From positions 32,001 through 96,000 of the forward strand of contig JBBSWH010000005.1 of assembly GCA_038046385.1 (NCBI GenBank): DNA of 64,000 nucleotides, written 5' to 3'. Positions 28,762 to 36,930 of the stretch are shown here, in pieces (within the stretch, counting starts at the first letter, position 1; each line of letters opens with the position of its first letter). The notes below the pieces were generated by a model. It searched no databases. It was not told where the DNA came from and saw only the letters and a list, made by a program, of their open reading frames with translations. The stretch is from Nanobdellota archaeon. Lineage in GTDB: Archaea > Nanobdellota > Nanobdellia > Woesearchaeales > GW2011-AR4. The translations under genes were made by a program, and so were the position numbers.

Positions 28762-29157
28762 TTATCTTGCAGTGTAGCTGAAGATAAAAAGTAGGATGTT
28801 AACAAAATAGATGGAATAACATACTATACATACTGTCTTGACCTTGAAGTTAAGCATATAGGCAAGGTATATTGAACCTATCAGGGATAATATTGAAAGG
28901 TAAAATATTATGTTAGTCATTCCGAAAATGTTCAGTGTAATTACCAGAATGTAAAACGCCATTCCGGCCAGTCCGTTTGATATTCCAAAAAACAGATGCC
29001 CGTAGCCGCTTGTAAATGTCTTGCTGCACGACATCCTGTCGCTTATGTCACATACTGCCTTGTAGCTGCTGTCTTTTGAAGTTTTTCTTTCAACGTAAAA
29101 TGAATATAGGGAAAGAAGAAATCCAATTGCAGGGATTATCAATAATGAGGTTTGCAT
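28762..29157 (-). CDS. Vitamin K epoxide reductase (VKOR) family protein
   Basis: CDISDRMSCSKTFTS and CIVC. Confidence 0.9.
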   Translation of the reverse strand: MQTSLLIIPAIGFLLSLYSFYVERKTSKDSSYKAVCDISDRMSCSKTFTSGYGHLFFGISNGLAGMAFYILVITLNIFGMTNIIFYLSILSLIGSIYLAYMLNFKVKTVCIVCYSIYFVNILLFIFSYTAR

Positions 29158-29246
29158 TGTATGTATTATTCGTTCCTTATTTATTAATTATTCGCATTCT
29201 TTACGCGCTAAAAAATAAAAAGAAAAAAATTTATCCAAAAAAAAAC

Positions 29247-29276
29247 TTAACAGCACCCTTTTCCTTTTCCTACCAT
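29247..29276 (-). CDS. Possible 9-aa micro-ORF MVGKGKGCC
   Basis: Strong SD GAGGTGA 4 nt before ATG; T-run after the stop. Confidence 0.3.
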   Translation of the reverse strand: MVGKGKGCC

Positions 29277-29310
29277 TTTTTCACCTCTGAGTTTAATGTT
29301 TATTATTGGT

Positions 29311-29910
29311 TTATATGAAAACTTCGTTTTCATCGAACCTTACTTTTGGCTTTGAAGTATCTGCTGCATATCCTATCGGACACAATACGGTCGGCACAAT
29401 ATTGGCTGGGAGGTCCAGTATTTTTGCGTATGCTGCTGAATCAAATCCTTCCATTGGGCAAGAATCTATTCCGAGCGCTTTTGACCCGTTTAATGCATTG
29501 CCTAGAGCAAGATAAACCTGTCTTTGAGCCCATGCAAGCTTTTTCTGGTCGTCCATTCCTTTTTCAAATGATCTCATCATGTCAGCGTATTGCTTGGCGC
29601 CTGCGGCATCCATTCCATTTTTAATCATGAGCTTTTCAAGCCTGTCTATGTTGCCTGCAACATCCTTGTCTGCGCAGAACACGAGTAAATGAGAACATGT
29701 AGTTATCTGCAGTTGGTTCCATGAAACTGGAGCTAATTTTTCCTTTGTAGCCTGATCCGTTACTATTTTGATTTTCCACGGCTGTATATTGTAAGAGCTC
29801 GGAGAGTATCTTATGAGTTCTTTAAGTTTGTTTACCCTTTCTTCAGGAACCTTTTTTCCGTCGAATTTCTTTACTGCATATCTTCCCATTACTACTTTTT
29901 CGAATTCCAT
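29311..29910 (-). CDS. NAD(P)H nitroreductase (NfsB-like)
   Basis: RYAVKKFD, PSSYNIQPW, DSCPMEGFD. Confidence 0.92.
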   Translation of the reverse strand: MEFEKVVMGRYAVKKFDGKKVPEERVNKLKELIRYSPSSYNIQPWKIKIVTDQATKEKLAPVSWNQLQITTCSHLLVFCADKDVAGNIDRLEKLMIKNGMDAAGAKQYADMMRSFEKGMDDQKKLAWAQRQVYLALGNALNGSKALGIDSCPMEGFDSAAYAKILDLPANIVPTVLCPIGYAADTSKPKVRFDENEVFI

Positions 29911-30113
29911 TTTATCACCACAATTTTATTAATTTAATTTTATCTGATTATTTTATGCTGATTTATAAAGTTATGTTGGCAGGAAGAGGGTCTTCTCCTG
30001 CCGCATAACCAAACTATAGGAAATAACTTTAATTTTCGTATGTATTTGTTATTTCCTAATAAGCAAATCACAACGGAAAGCTATGAATATTCGTGTGATT
30101 TGCTATAAAATGA

Positions 30114-30425
30114 TTACATCATTGCTTTCTTCAGCTTCTCCTCAAATTCTGCAAATGATGCCTTATCCTTCATCTGATTGTTCCAGTATGCAATGCACGC
30201 TTCAACGCCTACTTGAGCCATTCGGTCCATTTTTGGGCCGATTGCCTTTTCATAAGCGGCTTTCATTTTTTCCTTCATCAGCTTTGACCATGCCTCATTG
30301 GCAAGCCCCATTATCATAGTAGCCATATTGTTGCTTTCGCAGCTGCATTCGTTTTCGCATCCGCATTTGCTGTCTTCGCAGCAGCTGTCGTTTGTTTCGC
30401 AGCACTTTTCTTCATTGCATCCCAT
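30114..30425 (-). CDS. Small protein with metallothionein-like Cys-rich N-terminus
   Basis: MGCNEEKCCETNDSCCEDSKCGCENECSC followed by a helical domain. Confidence 0.7.
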   Translation of the reverse strand: MGCNEEKCCETNDSCCEDSKCGCENECSCESNNMATMIMGLANEAWSKLMKEKMKAAYEKAIGPKMDRMAQVGVEACIAYWNNQMKDKASFAEFEEKLKKAMM

Positions 30426-30556
30426 TTTCGTATCCTCCGATTGTTTGATTGATTATTTCTAATATTGGATATGCGATACTAATATTTAAATATATCGGTT
30501 GTACGATATACCAATCTAAGAAAAGTATAAATAGGATTCGTTATTCTTACCCTAAT

Positions 30557-30871
30557 ATGAGGAAGTGCTGTGAGATGAAGGGTTTTCTTAGCTTTCTTGT
30601 CCTCAAGCTAATAGGGAAAAACAATATGTCAGGAGAGGAGTTAAGCGAGGAGCTTAAGAAAAGAAAGGGAACAAAGCCAAGCCCTGGCACTATTTATCCA
30701 GTTCTGAAAGCCTTGAGCGAGAACGGCTTCATAGAGGAAGTCAAAGGAAAAGGCAAGCTGAAGAAATACAAAATAACAAAAAAAGGCCAAAAAGAGCTTG
30801 AGATAGCAACTCACAAGTTCTGCAATCTTTTCTATGACATGGAAAACGAATTTCACAGGTGCTGTAAATAA
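30557..30871 (+). CDS. PadR-family transcriptional regulator
   Basis: PSPGTIYPVLKAL...KYKITKKG; start at MRKCC. Confidence 0.9.
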   Translation: MRKCCEMKGFLSFLVLKLIGKNNMSGEELSEELKKRKGTKPSPGTIYPVLKALSENGFIEEVKGKGKLKKYKITKKGQKELEIATHKFCNLFYDMENEFHRCCK

Positions 30872-30882
30872 TTTTTCTTAAG

Positions 30883-31539
30883 ATGCAAAAATACAAGCTA
30901 GTTTGTTTTGATGTTGACGGCACTTTGATAGACAACATAAAATTCTCGTGGCAATTATTTCATGACTATTTCCAGACTGATGAGCATAGAAGAGAGGATG
31001 CAAAGAAAAAATTCTTTGACGGAAAAATAAGCTACATGGAATGGGCGGAGCATGACATAGGAATGTGGAAGGAAAAAGATGCAAAAAAGCAGGATTTCAT
31101 GAAAGCGCTTGACAAATTGAAGCTGATGGAAGGCGCAATTGAAACTCTGGAAGAGCTGAAGAAAAACGGAATGAAGCTTGCAGTCATATCTGGATCATTG
31201 AATGTGCTTCTTGAAAATTTCATACCAAACTACGAAGAGATTTTTGATGATGTTTTCATAAGCAAAATTCATTTTGACGAAAAAGGGCATATTGAAAGCA
31301 TTGAAGCAACTGAATTTGATATGGAAGCAAAGGCGCTTGCGCTGAAAAAAATAGCTGAAAGAGAAAAATTAAAGCTTGAAGAGTGTGTTTTTGTCGGAGA
31401 TTACCTGAATGACCTCAAGATAATGCAGGAAGCCGGGTTGGGGATTGCGTTCAACTGCAGCCATGATGAGCTTAAGAAAGCTGCTGATGTTGTAATAGAA
31501 GGGAAAGATTTGAGGAGCATTCTAAAGTATATAATTTAG
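30883..31539 (+). CDS. HAD-superfamily phosphatase (SerB-like)
   Basis: FDVDGTL, ISG, VGDYLND, AGLGIAFN. Confidence 0.88.
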   Translation: MQKYKLVCFDVDGTLIDNIKFSWQLFHDYFQTDEHRREDAKKKFFDGKISYMEWAEHDIGMWKEKDAKKQDFMKALDKLKLMEGAIETLEELKKNGMKLAVISGSLNVLLENFIPNYEEIFDDVFISKIHFDEKGHIESIEATEFDMEAKALALKKIAEREKLKLEECVFVGDYLNDLKIMQEAGLGIAFNCSHDELKKAADVVIEGKDLRSILKYII

Positions 31540-31546
31540 AATTGCG

Positions 31547-31918
31547 TTATTTTCTTTTAAAAAGATTAATTACATAAAGAATAATTATTATCAAAATTCC
31601 AAGAACTATTGCCCCGTTTAATGAAACTGCGCTTAGGTATGCTGCATCGCTTCCGTCTGTTGCTATGAGATAGATAATCTGATCTGCAATCAAAGCGGCC
31701 CCTATTCCAGACACCATAATAACTAGTTTATTGTTGATCCTATTCACAAGCAACAAAGTGGAAAATATCAGAAGTATAGCGCCAGTAAACAGATGATGGA
31801 TGTTGTACCCCCCAATACTAAAATTAGCGCCAGGGTATAAATAAAGAAAAATTCTAAGAACTATCAGGGCTGCAGTAAATGATGCGGCAAACAAATGAAC
31901 GTTATTTTTTGATCGCAT
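31547..31918 (-). CDS. Hypothetical membrane protein
   Basis: IHHLFTG motif and four TM-like segments. Confidence 0.7.
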   Translation of the reverse strand: MRSKNNVHLFAASFTAALIVLRIFLYLYPGANFSIGGYNIHHLFTGAILLIFSTLLLVNRINNKLVIMVSGIGAALIADQIIYLIATDGSDAAYLSAVSLNGAIVLGILIIIILYVINLFKRK

Positions 31919-31928
31919 GTTAAAAAAT

Positions 31929-32906
31929 TTAATCTTGAACCATACTTAACGCAAGCATCGGGAAAACTATTGTCGCATCTGCCTCTATGCAGACTGATTT
32001 TGATTCTGATTTAAGCTTGTTCCACGAGACTGCTTCTTTTGGCTTTGCTCCGGACAATGATCCGTCGTATTCTGTGCCTGTCTGTATGTAAATTGCATAA
32101 TCAAGGCCGTTTCTCAGGATAGCTGCGCCGATGAGATGGTGCTTTGCAATGCCTCCTCCGAGGATTATGCCTGCTGTCTTGTCCGGCTGAAGGAGCATGT
32201 TGTAAAATTTTGTTATGTCTGCTGCAGTGTCTATTACAATTTTATTTTTGCCACGCTGATTGTGAAAATAAAGGTGGTCGCCGATTGCGCCGTCTACAAA
32301 TCCAGGGCAGAAAATAGGTATTTTGTTTTTTGCGCACTGGTATAAAACAGAATTTTCGTCTTTCAATTCCAATCCAAGTTTCATTGCGTATTCAGAAGGG
32401 CTCCAAATGTTTTTTTCCTTTACCAGCTTTTCTATGAACTTCATGTGAAAATCTTCAAAGTCGCAATAGTTTTTGTCAGGGACAAAAATATTTCCCAGCC
32501 TATTTATGCCGTTGTTTTTCACAACTTCATCATCAACATTGAAGCTTCCAAGGTAAAAATCGTTCATTGTCTTTATGAAATCCTCCTCTATTGCGCCTGT
32601 TGTTGTTATTATTGCAGCAATAAGCTTTTTTGCTGCAAGCTGCGCTATGATTTCCCTTAATCCCGAAGAAACCATATTGGATGTGCATGCTAAGTACAGT
32701 TCTGCTTTGTCTTTTTTTATCTGCTTTAGAATATCAACAGCTTTTCCTATGTGGCTTGCCTGAAATCCGATTGAATTGTAGTTTTCAAGAAGTTCATTTA
32801 CTTTTAGGTCTTTTTTTAGCTGGAAGCCTTTTATCTTTTTAATTTCCTTTATGTTTATGGAATTCTCCTTTGCCTTCCTCTTGAAAGATATGTTCTTCAT
32901 AGTCAT
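31929..32906 (-). CDS. dys: Deoxyhypusine synthase
   Basis: GFQA, TSNMVSSGLRE, NRLGNIFVP, GGGIAKHH, DGSLSGAKPKEAVSWNK. Confidence 0.95.
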   Translation of the reverse strand: MTMKNISFKRKAKENSINIKEIKKIKGFQLKKDLKVNELLENYNSIGFQASHIGKAVDILKQIKKDKAELYLACTSNMVSSGLREIIAQLAAKKLIAAIITTTGAIEEDFIKTMNDFYLGSFNVDDEVVKNNGINRLGNIFVPDKNYCDFEDFHMKFIEKLVKEKNIWSPSEYAMKLGLELKDENSVLYQCAKNKIPIFCPGFVDGAIGDHLYFHNQRGKNKIVIDTAADITKFYNMLLQPDKTAGIILGGGIAKHHLIGAAILRNGLDYAIYIQTGTEYDGSLSGAKPKEAVSWNKLKSESKSVCIEADATIVFPMLALSMVQD

Positions 32907-32944
32907 CTGGTTTTCATATAATTATTTAAATGTTAGTATAGATA

Positions 32945-33736
32945 ATGCATAAAATGGCACTCTTCATTGACGCACACACACATTTAGACCACCATCTTCT
33001 AGTTAGCCAGCTGGATGAAGTAATAAGAAGGGCGAAGAATGCTGGAGTTCGCCATATTGTAACCAATGGGATAAATCCGGAAACAAACAGGAAATGCCTT
33101 GAAATATCTAAAAAATACGATATTGTAGAGTGCGGGATGGGGCTGTACCCAAGAAATGCTTTAAAGAAAGATATTGACAGCGGAGATTACCCGATAAAGC
33201 TGTGGGATTATAATGTTGATGAAGAGCTTGATTTCATAAGGCAGAATAAAAACAGCATTGTTGCAATTAGCGAGGTTGGGTTGGATTTTGTTGACGGAGA
33301 AAGCAAGGAGCAGATGGAAGATTTTGAAAAAGTAATGAAGCTTGCTGAACAAATTGGAAAGCCGATTGTGGTGCATTCCAGAAAAGCAGAGCAGAAATGC
33401 ATTGAGATGATTGAATCTTCTAAGCTAAAAAAAGTGGTGATGCACTGCTTCTGCGGCAAGAAATCGCTTGTGAAAAGAATAGCGGACAACGGATGGTATA
33501 TCACGATTCCGACAAGCGTTGTCAGGGCGCAGCAATTTCAGGATATTGTAAAAAACGTGCCGATAACGCAGCTTTTCTGCGAAACTGATTCACCTTACTT
33601 AAGCCCTTACAAAGACAAAATGAACGAGCCTGCTTTCATACTGGAAAGCTACAATAAGATAAGCGAGATAAAGAAGATGGATGCTTTGGAAGTTGCCAAC
33701 AGCATCTATATGAACTGGCAGAAAGTGTTTAAATGA
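32945..33736 (+). CDS. tatD: TatD-family DNase
   Basis: DAHTHLD, EVGLDF, VHSR, MHCF, ETDSPYL. Confidence 0.93.
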   Translation: MHKMALFIDAHTHLDHHLLVSQLDEVIRRAKNAGVRHIVTNGINPETNRKCLEISKKYDIVECGMGLYPRNALKKDIDSGDYPIKLWDYNVDEELDFIRQNKNSIVAISEVGLDFVDGESKEQMEDFEKVMKLAEQIGKPIVVHSRKAEQKCIEMIESSKLKKVVMHCFCGKKSLVKRIADNGWYITIPTSVVRAQQFQDIVKNVPITQLFCETDSPYLSPYKDKMNEPAFILESYNKISEIKKMDALEVANSIYMNWQKVFK

Positions 33737-33784
33737 GTTAGCAGCTTCAAAATTCTTGATTTGTTGGTTTAAGTATCGTTCATG

Positions 33785-33804
33785 CTCCGTAGGAGCCGTC
33801 CCTC
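33785..33804 (-). repeat. 20-nt fragment of the GC-rich structured element
   Basis: Reverse complement GAGGGACGGCTCCTACGGAG is identical to 46722-46741. Confidence 0.7.
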
Positions 33805-33903
33805 TGAACTCAGTTTATAGTTTTCCAGAATGAATTTTGACCTTAGGCTGCTAACCATAGTAAAACCGCAAGATTTTTAAGCTACAACTATCCAGTCAGA
33901 ACC

Positions 33904-34290
33904 ATGAAACTCGAGATAAACACCAAGGAAGACTCGCACGATGAGATAAGGAAAGTCATAAAAATGCTCCAGCATATTGTTGGCGATTCTTCGGAAGTTT
34001 TTACTAACCAACCTATCGTATCTACCGCTGCTGAAACATCTCAAAATGCGTTTGTCAACATGTTTGGAGATTCTTCAACTCCCGCTGCATCAGAATCTGT
34101 TTCTGCTGAAACACAACCTGTTCCAGAAATAACAGAAGCCAAATCATCAGACTCAACAGAGGACCTTTTTGCAGAGCTTTTCAGCCCTGAAGAAATCCAA
34201 AAGATGGATACGAAGCCTGAAGATGAGGATGATGAAGAAGAGGCTCAAGTTAAGAGCAAAGCCAAAAAACGTAATTTAGAATTCTATTGA
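33904..34290 (+). CDS. Acidic, probably disordered hypothetical protein
   Basis: 128-aa ORF rich in E/D/S/T. Confidence 0.7.
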   Translation: MKLEINTKEDSHDEIRKVIKMLQHIVGDSSEVFTNQPIVSTAAETSQNAFVNMFGDSSTPAASESVSAETQPVPEITEAKSSDSTEDLFAELFSPEEIQKMDTKPEDEDDEEEAQVKSKAKKRNLEFY

Positions 34291-34449
34291 AAATTTATAG
34301 AGAACTTTGAATAAATTATTTGGTTTATATATTAGATTTAAAGTTCTCTTAGAGAATTTTGACAAATTGATGGTTTTTCAAAATTCTCTATAGTTTAATA
34401 AATCAGTATAAATTTTCAATCCCGCAATTTGCTTAGCAAATCTGCGTTA

Positions 34450-35067
34450 TTAAATATCTATTATTTTTCCTTTCTTGCCGACATTTATGACTTTTGTATT
34501 TCCAATCATTTCCTCTATGCCTTCTGCCTCGTGCACGTGACTGCATAGCAGAATATCTGGCTTGAAAACATCAATTGCCTTTCTGACTCCATCGCTCCCA
34601 GGAAATATATTTGAGAATTTTTCCATCAATGAGCCAGATGGATGAACATGAGTTACTAAAATTTTGGTCTTTGAGTCTTTTATTCTGTCATATCCTTTTT
34701 TTATCAATTCAAAAATTTCATCTTCACCTAGCTGGAACAATCCGATGTTTGCGCCGCCGCAGCCGAATAAGCCAACGTCTTTGTGTTTTATGGAATATCC
34801 GTGCAGGTTTGTTGCTCCGTACAACTCTGCCAGAAAATCGGCTGTTGCAACAGTCTCGTGATTGCCGGGAATGAGGATTACTTTCTTATTTTTATTGATG
34901 AACGGACCTATAATCCCTTCTGTAGATGATTCTTGGTATGTCAAATCTCCGCACAATACGACAAGGTCAACATTATCTTTTTCTGCCTGGTCTGCAAGCT
35001 TCATTGCATGCCGTGTGTCGCCGTGAATGTCACCTGCAGCGAGTATCTTTAACTTTTTGATGTCCAT
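34450..35067 (-). CDS. Calcineurin-like metallophosphoesterase
   Basis: GDIHG, CGDL, PGNHE, THVHP, SHVHE. Confidence 0.9.
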   Translation of the reverse strand: MDIKKLKILAAGDIHGDTRHAMKLADQAEKDNVDLVVLCGDLTYQESSTEGIIGPFINKNKKVILIPGNHETVATADFLAELYGATNLHGYSIKHKDVGLFGCGGANIGLFQLGEDEIFELIKKGYDRIKDSKTKILVTHVHPSGSLMEKFSNIFPGSDGVRKAIDVFKPDILLCSHVHEAEGIEEMIGNTKVINVGKKGKIIDI

Positions 35068-35114
35068 AAGGTTAGAATGAGGATATTTGTTTAAAAGATT
35101 ATTGGAAATTTTTA

Positions 35115-35681
35115 CTATCTATCCACTATCTTCGCCTTTCCTGTTAAATCTACTATCTTGCTTGGCTTTCCATTTTTTTCGCCTTCGTAAAGGGCAAAAT
35201 CAACATTTCCTTTTATCTCATCATCAAGGTCTTCGACAGAAGTCATGTAATCTTCCCCAGTTTTGTTGACAGAAGTTGTAACGATAGGAACGTTTGCCTC
35301 TGCAACAATATCCTTTATCCAGTGCTTAGGAATTCTTACTCCAAGCGTCTTTAATCCCGGATTGACTTGTTTTGCAACACAGTCTTTTTTTAGCTTAAAG
35401 ATTAGAGTGTATGGTCCAGGAAGTTTTTTTAGCCAGGCTTCCGCTTCTTTTTCAACAACGCAGTTTTCTTTTATCCATTCAACAGATGGAGCGATTACAG
35501 AAAAAGGGTTTTGTGCGCGTGATTTTATGCTTCTTATTTCGGAAACAGCTTCTGCATCCTGCGCGTTGCACCCGATGCCATAAATTGTATCTGTCGGATA
35601 GATAAATATTTTTCCTTCTGTTATAGAATCAATGATTTCCTGCTTTTCAAGATTTACCTCATCAAAATTTATTACCCTCAT
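35115..35681 (-). CDS. Threonylcarbamoyl-AMP synthase (TsaC/Sua5 family, single domain)
   Basis: YPTDTIYGIG, IKSR, PGPYTL, GVRIP, TTSVN. Confidence 0.92.
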   Translation of the reverse strand: MRVINFDEVNLEKQEIIDSITEGKIFIYPTDTIYGIGCNAQDAEAVSEIRSIKSRAQNPFSVIAPSVEWIKENCVVEKEAEAWLKKLPGPYTLIFKLKKDCVAKQVNPGLKTLGVRIPKHWIKDIVAEANVPIVTTSVNKTGEDYMTSVEDLDDEIKGNVDFALYEGEKNGKPSKIVDLTGKAKIVDR

Positions 35682-35723
35682 AAAAAAATGAAAAGAAAAA
35701 GAATATAAAAATGTTGCGTATGG

Positions 35724-35852
35724 CTATCTTAAATAGCCTCTCATGAACCCTTCTTCAATGCCGCTTATTTCGTCATCATCCATTGATTCCTCAAGGAAAT
35801 TTGAAGAGTAAAAATCTTCTTGAAATTCATCATACATCATCTCTTCTTCCAT
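35724..35852 (-). CDS. Small acidic protein (42 aa)
   Basis: MEEEMMYDEF...DDDEISGIEEGFMRGYLR; SD GAGGTGAT. Confidence 0.65.
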   Translation of the reverse strand: MEEEMMYDEFQEDFYSSNFLEESMDDDEISGIEEGFMRGYLR

Positions 35853-35857
35853 CTAAA

Positions 35858-35989
35858 TCACCTCTTATGTTTTATTGGAACGCCGCTGAACTGCGCGTCA
35901 AAGCTTCTTAATTGCTTGTTTGTCTTTGCTGTTAATTCTTTCATCTGCTGAAGGAATAATCCTTCAATGAACTTATTGCTTGTTTCCAT
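35858..35989 (-). CDS. Small hypothetical protein (43 aa)
   Basis: METSNKFIEGLFLQQMKELT...KHKR; SD GAGGTGAC. Confidence 0.55.
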   Translation of the reverse strand: METSNKFIEGLFLQQMKELTAKTNKQLRSFDAQFSGVPIKHKR

Positions 35990-36065
35990 TTTTTGTCACC
36001 TCTGAGTTTTTACGAAGAGGTTTGTTGAGCTTTGCTCAACTTCACCTTTTTTGTTTTTTATTGGG

Positions 36066-36233
36066 CGCCGCGGCTGGGATTCCACGCAAATCGAAGATTT
36101 GCTGGGGTGCTCGAAAATCTATGATTTTCGACATTCACCCAGAAGGATTAATCCTTTCCAAGATTTGAACCCAGAAGCTCTTTCGAGCAGGAAGGTCTTA
36201 GTTTCCCGGAATACCGAGTTATCCTACCGCGGC
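36066..36233 (-). tRNA. Ser-type (long variable arm) tRNA-like gene with 84-nt T-loop insertion and atypical anticodon loop (AAG by position); possibly a pseudogene
   Basis: GCCGCGG/CCGCGGC acceptor stem, G73, variable arm GCTC-GAAA-GAGC, T stem CTGGG/CCCAG; insert 36080-36163 at position 59/60. Confidence 0.65.
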
Positions 36234-36269
36234 ATAAAGTTTAAATATCAGTAAACTAATCTTCTCTAT

Positions 36270-36303
36270 GAAGGTCTTAGTTTTCTGGAATGCCGGGTTA
36301 TCC
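36270..36303 (-). repeat. Degenerate partial duplicate of D-arm/anticodon arm of the adjacent tRNA
   Basis: 30/34 identity with 36191-36224. Confidence 0.7.
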
Positions 36304-36314
36304 GGTTTTCTTTT

Positions 36315-36467
36315 TTATCTCCAGCCACTGATAGCCATATCCTTCATGAAGTTCTTTGCCACGATTGGATCCGGCATTGATGAATTTCTTAGTGGATTTC
36401 CATGGCATTGATAGCACTCTTCAAACCATGGCTTGACTGATGCTCCGCATGTTACACATCTCATCAT
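36315..36467 (-). CDS. Small zinc-ribbon protein (50 aa)
   Basis: MMRCVTCGASVKPWFEECYQCHG...; SD AGGTGAT. Confidence 0.65.
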   Translation of the reverse strand: MMRCVTCGASVKPWFEECYQCHGNPLRNSSMPDPIVAKNFMKDMAISGWR

Positions 36468-36557
36468 TTGTATCACCTTTGATATTAATTGGCAAGGAAA
36501 ACCGCGTGTGGGGGCTGCGGTTTTTTCCCTGCCTAATGGATTTAAGAGTAGAATTGG

Positions 36558-36597
36558 TTTATATACCTCACACGCACAGATGTCCAGTGTCCAGTGG
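36558..36597 (-). promoter_or_regulatory. Tandem CACTGGACA motif plus TATA box
   Basis: Minus strand CCACTGGACACTGGACAT, 14 nt, TATATAAAC; same architecture as at both LAGLIDADG genes. Confidence 0.6.
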
Positions 36598-36663
36598 TTA
36601 GTTTCCTTATTGAAAATAATAGATAAGTGCAGATTTATATAGGAAAATAACTTACCATAGGAA

Positions 36664-36930
36664 ATGGGATGCGTTCATCTTATTGTCTCTGGAAAAGTGC
36701 AGGGTGTTTTCTTTCGCGAGAACACAAGAAGAAAAGCAATAGAGATTGGATTGAAAGGATATGCCAAGAATTTAAATGATGGAAATGTTGAAGTTGTGGC
36801 AGAAGGAAGCGAGAAAAAAATAAATGAATTAATTGATTTTATTAAAAATAATCCCGGATATTCAAAAATTGAAAATGTTAAGGTTTCACACAAGGAATAT
36901 AATAATTTTAAATTATTTGAGGTATATTAA
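36664..36930 (+). CDS. acyP: Acylphosphatase
   Basis: VSGKVQGVFFR, GYAKNLNDGNVEVVAEG. Confidence 0.93.
   Translation: MGCVHLIVSGKVQGVFFRENTRRKAIEIGLKGYAKNLNDGNVEVVAEGSEKKINELIDFIKNNPGYSKIENVKVSHKEYNNFKLFEVY

Noticed and set aside
29970-30058. Two hairpins between the Cys-rich ORF and the nitroreductase
   Set aside because: Single copy with no covariation evidence; compatible with ordinary terminator or operator sequence
36066-36233. Amber-suppressor (CTA) or Leu(TAA) reading of the odd tRNA
   Set aside because: Neither triplet falls at positions 34-36 when aligned to the other Ser tRNA, and both would lose U33 and stem pairing
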